From positions 32,001 to 96,000 of the forward strand of contig CBDCCZ010000023.1 in NCBI GenBank assembly GCA_965215005.1: a stretch of 64,000 bases of DNA, in the 5' to 3' direction. The DNA is from Kofleriaceae bacterium. GTDB lineage: Bacteria > Myxococcota_A > Polyangia > Haliangiales > Haliangiaceae. A program made the position numbers and the translations under genes. The notes under the pieces were generated by a model that saw only the letters and a program-made list of their open reading frames with translations, did no database searches and was not told the DNA's origin. Shown one piece after another: positions 49,922 through 61,229 of the stretch (positions within the stretch are counted from its first letter, which is position 1; each line of letters opens with the position of its first letter).

Positions 49922-51535
49922 TCAAGAGCGCCGAGATCCGCCCTTGCCGCCCTTGCCGCCCCCGCGCGCCGGCGAACTCCCTCGGCCGCGACCCGACGAC
50001 GATGCGCCGCGACCCAACGACGACGATGACCCGCGGCCCGACGACGACGATGACCCGCGACCCGACGACGACGATGACCCGCGACCCGACGACGACGATG
50101 ACCCGCGGCCCGACGACGACGATGCTCCGCGACCCGATGACGACGATGCGCCGCGACCCGATGACGACGATGCGCCGCGACCCGATGACGACGATGCGCC
50201 GCGACCCGATGACGACGATGACCCGCGACCCGATGACGACGATGACCCGCGACCCGATGACGACGATGACCCGCGACCCGATGACGACGATGACCCGCGA
50301 CCCGATGACGACGATGACCCGCGACCCGATGACGACGATGACCCGCGACCCGATGACGACGATGCCCCGCGACCCGATGACGACGATGCGCCGCGACCCG
50401 ATGACGACGATGCGCCGCGACCCGATGACGACGATGCTCCGCGACCCGACGACGATGCTCCGCGACCCGACGACGATGCTCCGCGACCCGACGACGATGC
50501 TCCGCGACCCGACGACGATGCCCCGCGACCCGACGACGATGCTCCGCGGCCCGACGACGACGATGACCCGCGGCCCGACGACGACGATGACCCACCACCG
50601 CGCGGAAACGACGACGCAACCGCCGGCGACTCGTCACCGAGCCCCGCCTTCAGACGCACCTTGTTGGCGGCGCGTTTCCGTCCTTGCAGTCTCAGCTCGC
50701 GCTCGGTGTCATCGACCCCGCGGTCGCGCGCCCGTGCGCGCCGCGCCAGGTCGGTGTCTTCACGTCGCGCGCTCCAGGTTCCGCGCGACACCGTGCTGCG
50801 ATCGAGGCCGACCGTGGCGCGCAGTGTATTGACCTCGGCTTGCGTAAGCTCCCGCGCATCGCCGACGCGCAGGCCCTCGAAGGTGAGCCCCGCGTAGCCA
50901 ACCCTCTGCAGCTTCTGCACCTGATAACCAAGCCCCTCGAGCATCTGATGGATCTGCCGGTTTTTGCCCTCGGTAATGGTGATGACCAACCAGTCGTGCT
51001 TGCTCGGCGCTCCCAAACTATCCACCTTCGCCGGCCGCGTGCGCCGACCATCCTCCAACCGCACCCCCGCCCGCAGTTGGTCGAGATGGCGAGGCCGCAC
51101 CTGCCCGCGAATCTTGGCGTGGTACGTCTTCTCGACCTCGTAATCGGGCGACTGCAGCCGCGCCGACAGCTCGCCGTCGTTGGTTAGCAGCAACACCCCT
51201 TCCGTGTAGTAATCGAGCCGACCAACAGGCGCGATCTGCGCCGGCACGCCGCGCAAATACTCCATCACCGTCTTCCGACCGCGCGGATCAGAAACCGCCG
51301 TGATGCACCCTTTGGGCTTGTTGAAGAGGACATAAAACTTATCCTCCGGCACCACCACCACGTCGTCGACACGCACTTCATCGCGACCGGCGGTGACCTT
51401 GGTGCCGAGCGTGGTCACGACCTCGCCGTTGACCTGCACCGAGCCGGCGGTGATGAGCTCTTCGCACTTGCGGCGCGCTGCGACGCCGCAGTCCGCCATA
51501 AACTTCTGCAATCGAACCTCGGCCACGTCGTTCAC
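49922..51535 (-). CDS. rluB: 23S rRNA pseudouridine synthase (RluB-like) with long low-complexity tail
   Basis: S4 domain [32 protein letters not shown]; lies downstream of scpB. Confidence 0.88.
   Translation of the reverse strand: MNDVAEVRLQKFMADCGVAARRKCEELITAGSVQVNGEVVTTLGTKVTAGRDEVRVDDVVVVPEDKFYVLFNKPKGCITAVSDPRGRKTVMEYLRGVPAQIAPVGRLDYYTEGVLLLTNDGELSARLQSPDYEVEKTYHAKIRGQVRPRHLDQLRAGVRLEDGRRTRPAKVDSLGAPSKHDWLVITITEGKNRQIHQMLEGLGYQVQKLQRVGYAGLTFEGLRVGDARELTQAEVNTLRATVGLDRSTVSRGTWSARREDTDLARRARARDRGVDDTERELRLQGRKRAANKVRLKAGLGDESPAVASSFPRGGGSSSSSGRGSSSSSGRGASSSGRGASSSGRGASSSGRGASSSGRGASSSGRGASSSSGRGASSSSGRGASSSSGRGASSSSGRGSSSSSGRGSSSSSGRGSSSSSGRGSSSSSGRGSSSSSGRGSSSSSGRGASSSSGRGASSSSGRGASSSSGRGASSSSGRGSSSSSGRGSSSSSGRGSSSSSGRGSSSSLGRGASSSGRGRGSSPARGGGKGGKGGSRRS
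49986..50593. repeat. Coding tandem repeat, about 26 units of 24 or 21 bp
   Basis: CCGCGACCCGAYGACGACGATGMB units encoding (S/A)SSS(S)GRG on the minus strand. Confidence 0.95.
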
Positions 51536-52455
51536 ACTTCCGCGGGCGTCTCTGGCGGCCCCGCGTCCTCATCGTCGGTGTTGTCGTCTTCGGTGCTGCC
51601 GCTGGGCAGCTCATCGCTATTCGCGTTCGCAGAGCTCTCGCGCAGCCCCGCGTCGCTGGCGGCATCGGCCAAACGCGCCGCGGAAACCGGTGCTTCCTCG
51701 TCGTCCTCATCCGCGCTTGCTGTCGGCTCGGCGCGATTCTTCAGATCGGAGAGATCCATGCCGGCCTTCTTTACCTCACGCAGGCTCTCTTCGGTAAGCT
51801 CGTGATACTCACGCAGCGTCGGCAGATCGCGCAGCTCCGACAAGTTGAAGAACTCGAGGAAGTCGCGGGTGGTGCCGTAGAGCAATGGTCGTCCCGGCTC
51901 TTCCTTCTTGCCGAGCACGCGAATAAGGCTGCGGTCGAGCAGCACCCGCAGTGTCCCGCCCGAGTCGACGCCGCGAATTTCGTCAATCTCCGGGCGAGTG
52001 ATTGGCTGCCGGTACGCGATGATCGCCAGCGTCTCGAGCTGCGCCCGCGACAGCCGCACCGGCTTGCCGGCTACGAGCTGCTGCACGCAGCTTGCGCAAC
52101 TCGGGTGCGTGCGCAGCTGATAGCCGCCGGCAACGTCGTGCAACACGATTCCTCGGCTCGCGTAATGAGACTCAAGCGATTCGATCGCCGCCCGCACCTG
52201 CTCGAGGTCGGGCTGTCCTGTGAGCTGAGCGATGCGCTTGATGGGCAGCGGCTTCTCCGAGGCAAACACCAGGCTCTCGACCAACATCTCGAGGCGCTTG
52301 CCTTCCGGCACGCCCGCCTCCTCCGACTCGCTGTCGTCGACCTGAGCGTCCTCCACTCCTGCCGAAAGCTCACGCTCCTCTTGATCGCCCGGAGTCTCCG
52401 CCTTCGACGCTTCGCGCTCCTGGGCGGCGCTGCTGCCGCGCCCCTTGCGACTCAT
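51532..52455 (-). CDS. scpB: SMC-Scp complex subunit ScpB
   Basis: [52 protein letters not shown]. Confidence 0.95.
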   Translation of the reverse strand: MSRKGRGSSAAQEREASKAETPGDQEERELSAGVEDAQVDDSESEEAGVPEGKRLEMLVESLVFASEKPLPIKRIAQLTGQPDLEQVRAAIESLESHYASRGIVLHDVAGGYQLRTHPSCASCVQQLVAGKPVRLSRAQLETLAIIAYRQPITRPEIDEIRGVDSGGTLRVLLDRSLIRVLGKKEEPGRPLLYGTTRDFLEFFNLSELRDLPTLREYHELTEESLREVKKAGMDLSDLKNRAEPTASADEDDEEAPVSAARLADAASDAGLRESSANANSDELPSGSTEDDNTDDEDAGPPETPAEV

Positions 52456-53291
52456 CGATAGTCGTCCTTGCTTGCCACCACGCCGGCGACACGCGCGCGC
52501 ACCTCGCTGGTGGCGCGCGCGATGAGGATTTCGTCATCGCCGTCGACTTGCGTGATCGTGATGAGGCGCAGCTTGGCCATCTCGAGAATGGCCAAGAACG
52601 TCACCACCGCCTCGTGACGAATTTCCTCGAGCGAAACCTCGGCACCTTCCTCGAGAAACGAAAACAGCGACAAGAACTCGAAGCTGCGCTCACGCTCGAG
52701 CCGGTCAGCCAGCTCGCTGATGCGCTCCGCGACCGACAGCCGGTCGACCACCACGTTGTGGGCGAGCTTGACCTTGGCCCGCCGCAGCGCCCGATCGAGG
52801 GCCTCTACGAGCTTGATGATCGGAACCTCGGCGAGCGGCGCCAACGTGTCGGCGTCGACATTCTCGCTCAGCGCTTCTTCCTGCGGAGTCCCTCGCGGCC
52901 AGACGTTGCGACCAACCACCGGTCGGTGGCCTAAATGCGTTGCCGCCTCTTTGTACTTCTGATACTCGAGCAAGCGCCGAATCAAATCGGCTCGCGGGTC
53001 GAGGTCATCGTCGCTGTCGAGCTCGTCGGGCTCCACCAAACTGGGATCCGGCGGCAGCAGCTGGCGCGACTTGATGTGCGCCAGGGTCGCCGCCATCAAC
53101 AAGTACTCGCCGGCGACGTCTAGATTGAGCGAGCTCATCAGGTCGAGGTACTCGAGGTACTTCTCGGTGATGAAGGAGATCGGGATGTCGAGAATCTCGA
53201 GCTCGTGCTTCTTGACCAAGTGGAGGAGCAGATCGAGCGGCCCCTCGAAGACATCGAGCTCGACCTCGAGTCCGGCGCTGCGTGTGTTCAT
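52452..53291 (-). CDS. scpA: Segregation and condensation protein ScpA
   Basis: [49 protein letters not shown] at 53291. Confidence 0.95.
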   Translation of the reverse strand: MNTRSAGLEVELDVFEGPLDLLLHLVKKHELEILDIPISFITEKYLEYLDLMSSLNLDVAGEYLLMAATLAHIKSRQLLPPDPSLVEPDELDSDDDLDPRADLIRRLLEYQKYKEAATHLGHRPVVGRNVWPRGTPQEEALSENVDADTLAPLAEVPIIKLVEALDRALRRAKVKLAHNVVVDRLSVAERISELADRLERERSFEFLSLFSFLEEGAEVSLEEIRHEAVVTFLAILEMAKLRLITITQVDGDDEILIARATSEVRARVAGVVASKDDYR

Positions 53292-53962
53292 CGGAGCCCG
53301 AGCAGGCCGAAGAGAGTCTTGCCGAGAAACACCGCCGGCTCGATGAAGATGCGGCTGAGCCCGGGGATGAAGATGACCGCCATCAACACGAACGGCCCAT
53401 ACACCGCCAGCTTTTCGTATGTCGGCAGATATCGGTTGGGCAACATTCCGGCGAGCACGGTGCCGCCATCGAGCGGCGGCGCCGGAATGAAGTTGAAGAA
53501 CATCAAGATGAAGTTGAGCAGCACCGCATAGCGCAGCGCCTCGTTGAGGGCGTGGGTCGGCTCGAGGATGCCCGTCCTTATAAGGATCAGGTTGACCACC
53601 GCGATGACCACACCAAAGAGCAGGTTCATCAGCGGCCCGGCCGCGGCCACCAACATGTGCAGCGTTCGCATCGACCAGTTCTTGAAGCGAAACTGCACCG
53701 GCTGCACCTGCACCGGCCGGCCCCAACCAAATCCAAAGCCCGCGCCGCCGGTGAACGCCAGGCCGACCAGCGGAAACACCAAGGTGCCGATGGGGTCCGC
53801 GTGCGCGAGCGGATTGAGAGTGACGCGCCCCTGGCTCGCGGGCAGCCGATCGCCAAACTTGTGGGCAATGATCGCGTGGCCAAACTCGTGAACGGCGATC
53901 GAGAGGATGAGGATGATCATCCCCTGGACGATCAGCCGCATCTCCAGGGCGGACAGTTCCAT
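53288..53962 (-). CDS. Site-2 protease (M50) family
   Basis: [22 protein letters not shown]. Confidence 0.93.
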   Translation of the reverse strand: MELSALEMRLIVQGMIILILSIAVHEFGHAIIAHKFGDRLPASQGRVTLNPLAHADPIGTLVFPLVGLAFTGGAGFGFGWGRPVQVQPVQFRFKNWSMRTLHMLVAAAGPLMNLLFGVVIAVVNLILIRTGILEPTHALNEALRYAVLLNFILMFFNFIPAPPLDGGTVLAGMLPNRYLPTYEKLAVYGPFVLMAVIFIPGLSRIFIEPAVFLGKTLFGLLGLR

Positions 53963-54042
53963 AGGTCGGCAACACTATGGCGGGCGTATGACAGCCCTGC
54001 AAGCCCCTTATCCGGGGATCTACCCGCGCCAACACTTCGGAA

Positions 54043-54651
54043 TCACTTGTACATGGCCGTCGCCGTTCCCGACAGAACCACCGCCGCGGCGGCTCGCAGT
54101 CGGCCGCGATACGCGCGCTCATCGAGTGGCGCCCCGGCTCCATAGCACGCGCCGTGCGCGCCGCGCAAAAGCAACGCGACGGCACTCTCGACCGAGTGAG
54201 GCGGCTCGGGCATCCAGGCGCCGCTGGCCGCAAGCTCGGCCAAAAGCCCCTGCAGGATGGCCGCGTAACGACCGTCAGCGGCGGCGAAGACGGGCGCACA
54301 AAGGGCGTTTTTCGAGTCGATGAGCTCGGAGGCATGCGCGCTCGTGTGCACCAGCTCGTAGAGCGTCCAGAACTTTGCCATGAGAGCCGCGGTGACGCGC
54401 TCGACGGGACTGCCGGCGCTGCCGGCGGCACTGGCGGCGGCGTCGACCAACTGCGTTGCCAGCCGCTCCGCGACCGCCACGAAGACCGCCTTCTTGCTGG
54501 GAAACTCGAGATAAATTGAGCCCTTGGCCACGCCGGCGGCCCTGGCGATGTCGTCCACCGCCGCGCGCTTATAGCCATAACGGGCGAACGTAGCCGCCGC
54601 CGCATCGAGGAGGCGCTCGCGGCGCGAAGAGCTCATGGCGCCATCTTCCAT
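54043..54651 (-). CDS. TetR/AcrR-family regulator
   Basis: LLDAAAATFARYGY..AAVDDIARAAGVAKGSIYLEFPSK. Confidence 0.92.
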   Translation of the reverse strand: MEDGAMSSSRRERLLDAAAATFARYGYKRAAVDDIARAAGVAKGSIYLEFPSKKAVFVAVAERLATQLVDAAASAAGSAGSPVERVTAALMAKFWTLYELVHTSAHASELIDSKNALCAPVFAAADGRYAAILQGLLAELAASGAWMPEPPHSVESAVALLLRGAHGACYGAGAPLDERAYRGRLRAAAAVVLSGTATAMYK

Positions 54652-54715
54652 CGCGGGGTCGGCACCATCAACCGCAATTCTTTCAGCTCCTTAGCTGCAT
54701 CACTGAAATTCGAAT

Positions 54716-54739
54716 TGACCAATTGAGTAAAATTGGTCA
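54716..54739. promoter_or_regulatory. Palindromic TetR-type operator in the divergent promoter region
   Basis: TGACCAATT-gagtaa-AATTGGTCA perfect inverted repeat, with outer ACTGAA/TTCAGT arms. Confidence 0.75.
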
Positions 54740-54783
54740 TTCAGTAAATAGATTTGCCCTCGCACCGCCGGACCGGAGTTCTC

Positions 54784-55926
54784 ATGCGTCGATTCAAGCT
54801 CGTGCTCTTTGCCCTGACAGGCGCTATCGCTGTCCTCGCGCTCGTCGTCGCGCTCACGCTCAGGCTGCGCTACGGCGGCGGTGAGCCCTACCCCGATCTC
54901 TCGGAAGAACCGCTCTTTGCCGGAGACGTTCTCGAGCCGGTGGTGGTGAGCGAGGAGCCCATTGGCAACGTCGCGGTTTCCTCCGACCATCGCATCTTCT
55001 ACACCATTCACCCCGAGAGTCGGCCGACCGGCGCCAAGCTCCTCGAGTGGCGCGATGGGGCTGGCGTGCCGTGGCCGAGCGCCGCCGCGCAGCAGCGTTT
55101 CGACACGGTGCTCGGTGTGGCCATTGATGCGCAGGAGCGGCTTTGGACCATCGACCACGGCAATCACGCCACCGGCACGCCGCGGCTTCTTGCCTTCGAC
55201 ATCGCCACGGGTCAGCTCGTGCACGAGCACCAGTTTGCCCGCGACCTTGCCCCGCTCGGCTCCTTTCTGCAGGACCTAAAGGTCGCCGAGGATGGCGACA
55301 CCGTCTACATCGCCGACGTCAGCTTCTGGCGTAAGCATCCCGCGATCATCGTCTACGACCGCGCCAGTGGCCGTGCGCGCCGGGTGCTGCAAGATCATCC
55401 CTCGGTATCGCCGCAGGATTGGATCGTCGAAACTCCAGCAAAGAAAATGACCTTCTTCGCCGGCCTCGTGGCCCTCAAAGCGGGCGTCGACGGGCTCGTG
55501 CTATCGACTGCAGGCGACTGGCTCTATTACGCGGCCATGAGTCATAGCGGCCTATTCCGCGTTCCGACCGCAGCGCTTAGCAACCCCGCGCTCAGCGCTG
55601 TCGAGCTCGCGCAGCGGGTCGAGCGTGTCGGCGCGAAGCCGCTTTCCGATGGCCTCGGAATCGACGCACAAGGCAACGTCTTGGTGACCGACGTCGAGCA
55701 CGGGGCGGTCCTACGCATCGCCAGCGACGGCACGCGCCAGACGCTCGTCGCCAGTTCCAAGCTTCGCTGGGCAGACGCGGTTACCTACGGACCCGAGGGC
55801 TGGCTCTACATCGCCGACAGCGCGATTCCCGAGCAGATGTTGCAGAGCAAGGACCACATCCGCGCCAGCGCGCCGTACTACGTCTGGCGCTTCCGCCCTG
55901 ACATCGCCGGGCACTCGTTCGAGTAG
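54784..55926 (+). CDS. Major royal jelly / L-dopachrome tautomerase-related beta-propeller protein
   Basis: N-terminal TM; GNVAVS..RIF, LWTIDHG, PRLLAFD, VYIAD, KPLSDG, LRWAD. Confidence 0.8.
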   Translation: MRRFKLVLFALTGAIAVLALVVALTLRLRYGGGEPYPDLSEEPLFAGDVLEPVVVSEEPIGNVAVSSDHRIFYTIHPESRPTGAKLLEWRDGAGVPWPSAAAQQRFDTVLGVAIDAQERLWTIDHGNHATGTPRLLAFDIATGQLVHEHQFARDLAPLGSFLQDLKVAEDGDTVYIADVSFWRKHPAIIVYDRASGRARRVLQDHPSVSPQDWIVETPAKKMTFFAGLVALKAGVDGLVLSTAGDWLYYAAMSHSGLFRVPTAALSNPALSAVELAQRVERVGAKPLSDGLGIDAQGNVLVTDVEHGAVLRIASDGTRQTLVASSKLRWADAVTYGPEGWLYIADSAIPEQMLQSKDHIRASAPYYVWRFRPDIAGHSFE

Positions 55927-56055
55927 GTCGGTGAGAACGGCCAACGTAGGCTCATTGGGACAAACGACGCGGCAATCTTCGTCTGGAAGCGGCAAGATGC
56001 GGTCGATTTCTACCGCGCGGATACCGGCGCATGCGCACCCCTCTATAGTGCCGCG

Positions 56056-56892
56056 GTGCCATCGCTTCACGATCCCCCAGCCGCCTCCGAGTCGGCGAAC
56101 GTCATCAGTGACACCAAGCGAGCGGAGCTCCAGCGCCGGCTCGATGCACTCGACTATCAAGCCGGCAACTTACAGCGAGACCTGAAGGAGGCGATGCGAC
56201 CGCCGCCACACGTGGTTTGGCGGCGTCAACTCATCCTGTTCGGCGTTCCAGCCGCGGCACTTACCGTTGGTTTCGTGGTCGCCGGCTTAAGAGGGCTGCT
56301 TGCTGCTCTCGTGGCTTGCGTCGCGCTGCCGATCATGGCCGTCATCGTCGCCGGTCCCGTTGCACGCCTCGTTGGCGGCCCAAGGCGGAAGGTCGGCGAG
56401 CTGCGGTATGCCGTCGATGTGGCCGCCCATGCCTTGGTGATCGACGATGACGGCGCCGACGGTGCCCGCGCACTGATGTCGCTGGCGTTGGTCCACCTTC
56501 TCCTCGGCAGGTTTGCCATGGGCTGGCAACTGTCGGCGCACGGCGCCGCATTGCTCGCTGCACTTACCGCCATCGCTGAGGCGCCGGGACCGGTCGCGGG
56601 CAACGACTGGATCGTCCGGCGCAGCCAACTTCCCCAGCAAGAAAAGCGGCTGACGGTTTGGCGCGATCGGCTCGGCATCAGCGCCGATGCTTCCTTCACC
56701 ATCGGCGGTCCCGGCATCGATCCGCAACACGAGCTCAACGCTTGCCTCGCCCTCGCACGCGACGCCGCCGCCGATCCCAGCGGCGCCTTCGCCGCGGCCC
56801 TTCGCGAGCTGGTCGCGCAGTGGCAGCGTCCTCCCTATGAGGCCAAGCACAGGTATCTTCGCCGCGCCGCGCGACACCTCGAGCGCCGGTAA
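56056..56892 (+). CDS. Hypothetical membrane protein
   Basis: 278-aa ORF with hydrophobic segments filling the gap; start uncertain. Confidence 0.5.
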   Translation: MPSLHDPPAASESANVISDTKRAELQRRLDALDYQAGNLQRDLKEAMRPPPHVVWRRQLILFGVPAAALTVGFVVAGLRGLLAALVACVALPIMAVIVAGPVARLVGGPRRKVGELRYAVDVAAHALVIDDDGADGARALMSLALVHLLLGRFAMGWQLSAHGAALLAALTAIAEAPGPVAGNDWIVRRSQLPQQEKRLTVWRDRLGISADASFTIGGPGIDPQHELNACLALARDAAADPSGAFAAALRELVAQWQRPPYEAKHRYLRRAARHLERR

Positions 56893-57185
56893 CGATACCG
56901 CGACACCGCGACCGCCGACGGTTTGACCCCGCCGAGCTTCGCGCCCGCGTCACCGATACACTCCTGCCGTTAGCGCTGCGTGCGCCGCAGCAGCCGCGGA
57001 TTACGATGATGACCGACCGCGGCGTTCACAACAGGGCCCTTATGAGCGCAGGCATGCGCAGAGCCCTTCGATGGGGTCAACCTTGGTACGAGCCTCCCCG
57101 CCGACGAAGCCAGCGTGAGTGATAATTCGCTCGCGCGACAGGGAGTCAGCGTGGGTGACGCGACTCGCTCGCGCGACAGGCTGTC

Positions 57186-58079
57186 TCAGGCGCGCGGGTG
57201 GTGCTCGAGATAGAGCTCGACGAGTCGGGCACGCGAGACGTGCGTGTAGATTTGCGTGGTGCTGATGTCGGCGTGACCGAGCATGGCTTGCACGGCGCGC
57301 AGGTCGGCGCCGTGCTCGAGCAGGTGGGTGGCGAACGAGTGGCGCAGCTTGTGCGGTGAGATGTCGGCGCGGATGCCGGCGGCGCGGGCGTAGCGGCGCA
57401 GTAGCTTCCAAAAGCCCTGCCGCGTCATGGGAGCACCGCGTGCGGTGAGAAATAGGGCCTTCTGCCGCGGGTTCTTGTGAAACACCGGCCGCGCCTGCGC
57501 CACGTAGCTGTCGATGCGTTCGACGGCGACCTCCCCGAGCGGCACGAGCCGCTGCTTGCGCCCCTTGCCAGTCACTTTCAAGTAACCAGCGGTCAAGTTG
57601 ACGCTATCGGCCGGAATCGAGACCAACTCGGTGACGCGAAGGCCGGTGGCGTAAAGCGTTTCGATCATCGCGGCGTCACGAAGCCCACGCGGCGTATCGA
57701 GCGGCGGCGCCGCCAGCAGGCGCTCGATGGCCTCTTCACCGAGCACGTCGGGAAGCTTGCGGTGGGTCCGCGGCGCATCGAGGGTCTCGGTGGGATCGAC
57801 GGCGATTAGTCCTTCCGCGAGCAAGAAGCGAAACCAACCGCGCATTGCTACCAGCGCCCGTGCGCGGCTGCGGGCGCCGAGCGACTCGCTCGCCAGATGC
57901 AGCAGATAGTCGGTAAGATCGGCGGTGCTGACGGCGTCGACTTCGTCGCGCCCGCGCGCGAGCAAAAACCGCCGGAGACGCGTTAGGTCACGCCCATAGG
58001 CTTCGAGCGTGTTGACCGCTAGATCGCGCTCGACCTTCAAGTGCTCGAGAAAGCGATCGCTGGCCCGGTCGAGATCCAC
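57186..58079 (-). CDS. xerD: Site-specific tyrosine recombinase XerD
   Basis: [69 protein letters not shown]. Start approximate. Confidence 0.92.
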   Translation of the reverse strand: MDLDRASDRFLEHLKVERDLAVNTLEAYGRDLTRLRRFLLARGRDEVDAVSTADLTDYLLHLASESLGARSRARALVAMRGWFRFLLAEGLIAVDPTETLDAPRTHRKLPDVLGEEAIERLLAAPPLDTPRGLRDAAMIETLYATGLRVTELVSIPADSVNLTAGYLKVTGKGRKQRLVPLGEVAVERIDSYVAQARPVFHKNPRQKALFLTARGAPMTRQGFWKLLRRYARAAGIRADISPHKLRHSFATHLLEHGADLRAVQAMLGHADISTTQIYTHVSRARLVELYLEHHPRA

Positions 58080-58281
58080 CGTCGCACGCTGCCATGGCCG
58101 ATCGCGCACCGCAATTTTATGACGGCCGAGGGCCGCAGTCACTTCTGCGAGAACGACACGTGCATTCGCTGTTCAGCGAAACGCCGCAACCCACCATGGC
58201 TCCTGCGTCGACATCGCGAACCGAGCGAAGCTCTATCGAGTCCCCAGCGATGGTGGCAACGTAGGGCCGCGCGCCGTATTC

Positions 58282-60315
58282 TTGCCGCCGTTGCAACCGC
58301 GGCAGCGACATAGGCAGCGATGGCGACCGCGAGCGGTGATCGCGCTGCTCGTTTTGGCCGCGTGTACGCGAGCCGCGCCCCCGCCAGCGAAACCGGTTCC
58401 GGTGCCCACCGTAGGCCGCGTCGTCATCCGATCGCTGGTGCAGCTCCGCGGGCTCACGAGCGCGCCGGGCCTGGGATTGATTCTCAACACAGACGCCAAC
58501 GGCGCAGCTGCGATCTTGCCGCTATCCTCGGACGAGCTCGTCACACTCGCCGCGCCCTGGTCTTCGCGTGTCGATCCGAGCCAGCGTGGTCTCACCGCTC
58601 TGCAGCTGGGCGCGTCCCCGCAGCACGCACCACAAGTCGCGGTCACCGCTTCGGGCGCGGAGCCAAGATGGCTGGCCTCGGTCTGGAATGCCGCCATGGC
58701 CGCTAGTGCCACGCTAAACAAGGATCTCGATGCGGTTGGCTTCTCCGCAACCGCTGCGGTCGCGCTCGAGCCGCTTGCTAGCGCTGGCGCTGCAGCTGGA
58801 TTTCTGGCCGCACTCACCGGCGCTCCAGCCGACTCGCGGGCGATCGTGCTTGGCATCCTGTTGCCCGACGGCACCATCGGCCCGGGCCCAAAACTAAAGG
58901 AAGCGATCGCCGCGGCAACGGCCTCAGGGCGGACCCGCATCGGTGTGCCGGCCGGGTGGTCGCAGGCAAACCGAGGAAGCGCCGCGGCGACGCTCCAGAT
59001 CACTCCCCTGCGCGATCTTCGCGATGCCTACGCCCTCCTCACCCATCGCGCCTTGCCCGTGCCCATCGCCCTGCCCTCGGAGGCGATGGCACTCACCACG
59101 GCCGAACAAGCGCATTTCGCAAGCGCCTATCTCAAGTGGCAAACGCGCCTTCGCGCGCTTTGGCCGCAGTTGTTGATTCTACAAAACGCTGGACGTTTGC
59201 CGCGTCAAATCGCCGTGTCAGCTACTCAGGCGCACGAAGACGCTCGCGCCGCCGAGGCGCTGCTTGCACAGGGACAACCCGCCCTCGCCTATCTTCGTTT
59301 GATCGACGCGGTGACGCTGGCGACCACCGTGACCACGTCGCATGCCGTGATCGATGCCGTTCGCCGCGGCACCGGACTGCGCGCCACACTCGATGCGCTC
59401 GCGACGCTGGGCGATATCGAAGAGCTCTCTTCTGCGTCCACTGCACCGCCGCACCTCCTGGGCTACGCGCAGCACCTCGAAGCGCTTCAAGCAGCGGTTG
59501 CGGGGCGACTCTACCGGCAGCACGGGCTGGCGCTGCTCGCGCCGCTACGTGCCCGTCTTGCTGCGCCAAAGATTCGCGCGCAGGAGGTCGAAGACGCCGC
59601 GGTGCTTTGGCAAGCCGTGGCGCCGGTGGTGCTTGCGCTTGCCCGCGGCCGCGCGAAATCGCTGGTTGCGCGCGAGGTGCTCGAGCTCGCCTCCGACAGC
59701 GACCCCATCGCCTACGAGCTCGACGCCAGCGCTGCTGAGCGGTTGGCAACGACTCATGCCGCGTCCGCAGCGGCAGCCCTCGCGGCTATTCGTGAAGCCG
59801 AGGCGTTTCAGCTCGGCTATCTCGAGGGAGGCGCGGCCGGCTCCGGTAAGGAGCTGCCTCGAGATCAACGCCTCGCGCTCGCCGAGGCCCTCTTGGCCCA
59901 GCGACAAAGCAGCATCCGGCTCGCAATGGACTCGTCACTCCGACCGCAACGCGCGCCACTCAGCGGCCGGGCGGTCGCCACTCCTGAGGCCCAATTCCTG
60001 GCTTCTCTGCTCGACAACGCAGCACGTGCGGCGCGGCAACATGCGGCCGCGGCGAGCGTCGTAGCCAACGCGGTGCCGCTGCTGGCACGGCTGCACTATC
60101 TACGAGCGCGCCAGCTGGCCACCACCGGCATCCGCGGCCGTCTGGCGGCGCTGGAAGCACTATGGCAAAGCTCGCAAAGCTCGCAGCTCGTCACGCTGCT
60201 GGCTCGCAACGTGAGCCTGCCGCCCGCGCTGGCCCCTACGACTCACGAACGCTGCGCCGATCCTGGTAGCGAAGCACCTCAGCCATCTCCTTCTGCCCGT
60301 GCTGCGTGTCGATGA
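58282..60315 (+). CDS. Lipoprotein with degenerate Lon (S16)-like protease domain
   Basis: LAAC lipobox; ASAG..AGFLAALTG......GILLPDGTIGP......AAATASG...IGVP. Start uncertain. Confidence 0.6.
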   Translation: MPPLQPRQRHRQRWRPRAVIALLVLAACTRAAPPPAKPVPVPTVGRVVIRSLVQLRGLTSAPGLGLILNTDANGAAAILPLSSDELVTLAAPWSSRVDPSQRGLTALQLGASPQHAPQVAVTASGAEPRWLASVWNAAMAASATLNKDLDAVGFSATAAVALEPLASAGAAAGFLAALTGAPADSRAIVLGILLPDGTIGPGPKLKEAIAAATASGRTRIGVPAGWSQANRGSAAATLQITPLRDLRDAYALLTHRALPVPIALPSEAMALTTAEQAHFASAYLKWQTRLRALWPQLLILQNAGRLPRQIAVSATQAHEDARAAEALLAQGQPALAYLRLIDAVTLATTVTTSHAVIDAVRRGTGLRATLDALATLGDIEELSSASTAPPHLLGYAQHLEALQAAVAGRLYRQHGLALLAPLRARLAAPKIRAQEVEDAAVLWQAVAPVVLALARGRAKSLVAREVLELASDSDPIAYELDASAAERLATTHAASAAAALAAIREAEAFQLGYLEGGAAGSGKELPRDQRLALAEALLAQRQSSIRLAMDSSLRPQRAPLSGRAVATPEAQFLASLLDNAARAARQHAAAASVVANAVPLLARLHYLRARQLATTGIRGRLAALEALWQSSQSSQLVTLLARNVSLPPALAPTTHERCADPGSEAPQPSPSARAACR

Positions 60316-60754
60316 TCGCGACGTCATTATCGCCGTCATGACCGCTTTCCTCGAGCCAAAGCTCGAGCGCCCGACGAGCACCGATGAGTCCGGTGGCACG
60401 CCCCGGCGGCTGCAGCGCATAGGAGCTCACGCCGGCGCGGCCGACGACGTCGCGAATCCACCGCGCGTGCTGGCGAAACGTCTCGTCGTCAAAGCTATCT
60501 GATCGGCCCAGACCAAACAGCACCAGCCGACGAAACGTCAGTCGCCGCCCCGGCGGCAGCATCATGGTTTCGCCGCGCTCACCACTCATGCGCTGCGCAC
60601 GAATGAGCTGCGACAGACGTCCACACAGGCGCCAGTCGGCCAAGCCCGCAGCTCCGCGCAGCGGACGCTCGTCGGCAAAGAAGGTAACCACCAGCGTGTC
60701 GACCTTTGCGGTGTCCCAACGCCGAAGCTCACTCGACAAAAACGTCACCGCCAT
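60236..60754 (-). CDS. Stand-alone M17 leucyl-aminopeptidase N-terminal-domain protein
   Basis: FFADERPLRGAAGLADWRLCGRLS...GE..ML...LVLFGLG. Confidence 0.75.
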   Translation of the reverse strand: MAVTFLSSELRRWDTAKVDTLVVTFFADERPLRGAAGLADWRLCGRLSQLIRAQRMSGERGETMMLPPGRRLTFRRLVLFGLGRSDSFDDETFRQHARWIRDVVGRAGVSSYALQPPGRATGLIGARRALELWLEESGHDGDNDVAIIDTQHGQKEMAEVLRYQDRRSVRES

Positions 60755-60793
60755 CGCCGCTACCCGCTAGAAGCTCGCGTCAGTCGCATTGCC

Positions 60794-61228
60794 TCATTCG
60801 CCTCGCAACGATTGTCCAATGCGATCGAGAATGCCATTGACGAAAGCCGGAGACTCGCTGGTACCAAACCGTTTGGCAAGCTCAACCGCCTCGTTGATTA
60901 CCACCTTGAGCGGGACCCCTTCGCCATGGCGCAATTCGCACGTCGACATCCGCAAGATGTTCCGATCAACGCGCGACATGCGCTCCAAACGCCAGTTTCG
61001 CGACGCGGCGGCGATGACGTCGTCGACCTCTGATTGGTGCTGCACCGTGTTCTGGACCAGTAGGCGGGCAAACTCGCGGGTTGGCTCGTCAAGCTCGACC
61101 TCGAAGACCTGCGCATACTCTTGCAGCGCCCCCTCGAGCTCGACAGCTTGCGCATCGGGGTTTAGATCCAACGCGTACAACACCTGCAGTGCAAACCGGC
61201 GCGCGCGCCTGCGTGACCCCGGCGGCAT
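60794..61228 (-). CDS. nusB: Transcription antitermination factor NusB
   Basis: RRRARRFALQVLY, WRLERMSRVDRNILR, VVINEAVELAKRFG, FVNGILD. Confidence 0.96.
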   Translation of the reverse strand: MPPGSRRRARRFALQVLYALDLNPDAQAVELEGALQEYAQVFEVELDEPTREFARLLVQNTVQHQSEVDDVIAAASRNWRLERMSRVDRNILRMSTCELRHGEGVPLKVVINEAVELAKRFGTSESPAFVNGILDRIGQSLRGE

Positions 61229-61229
61229 C

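Noticed and set aside
49791..50897. Plus-strand ORFs with PRPDDDDD or MTTMTRDP repeats, and the minus-strand His/Arg-rich ORF
   Set aside because: Alternative frames of the stop-free tandem repeat inside rluB.
52452..54605. 717-aa ORF as an extended ScpA
   Set aside because: Its upstream part overlaps the M50 protease and TetR genes in other frames; ScpA similarity starts at the ATG at 53291.
57186..58079. Integrase of a mobile element
   Set aside because: Motifs ([21 protein letters not shown]) and the housekeeping context indicate chromosomal XerD.
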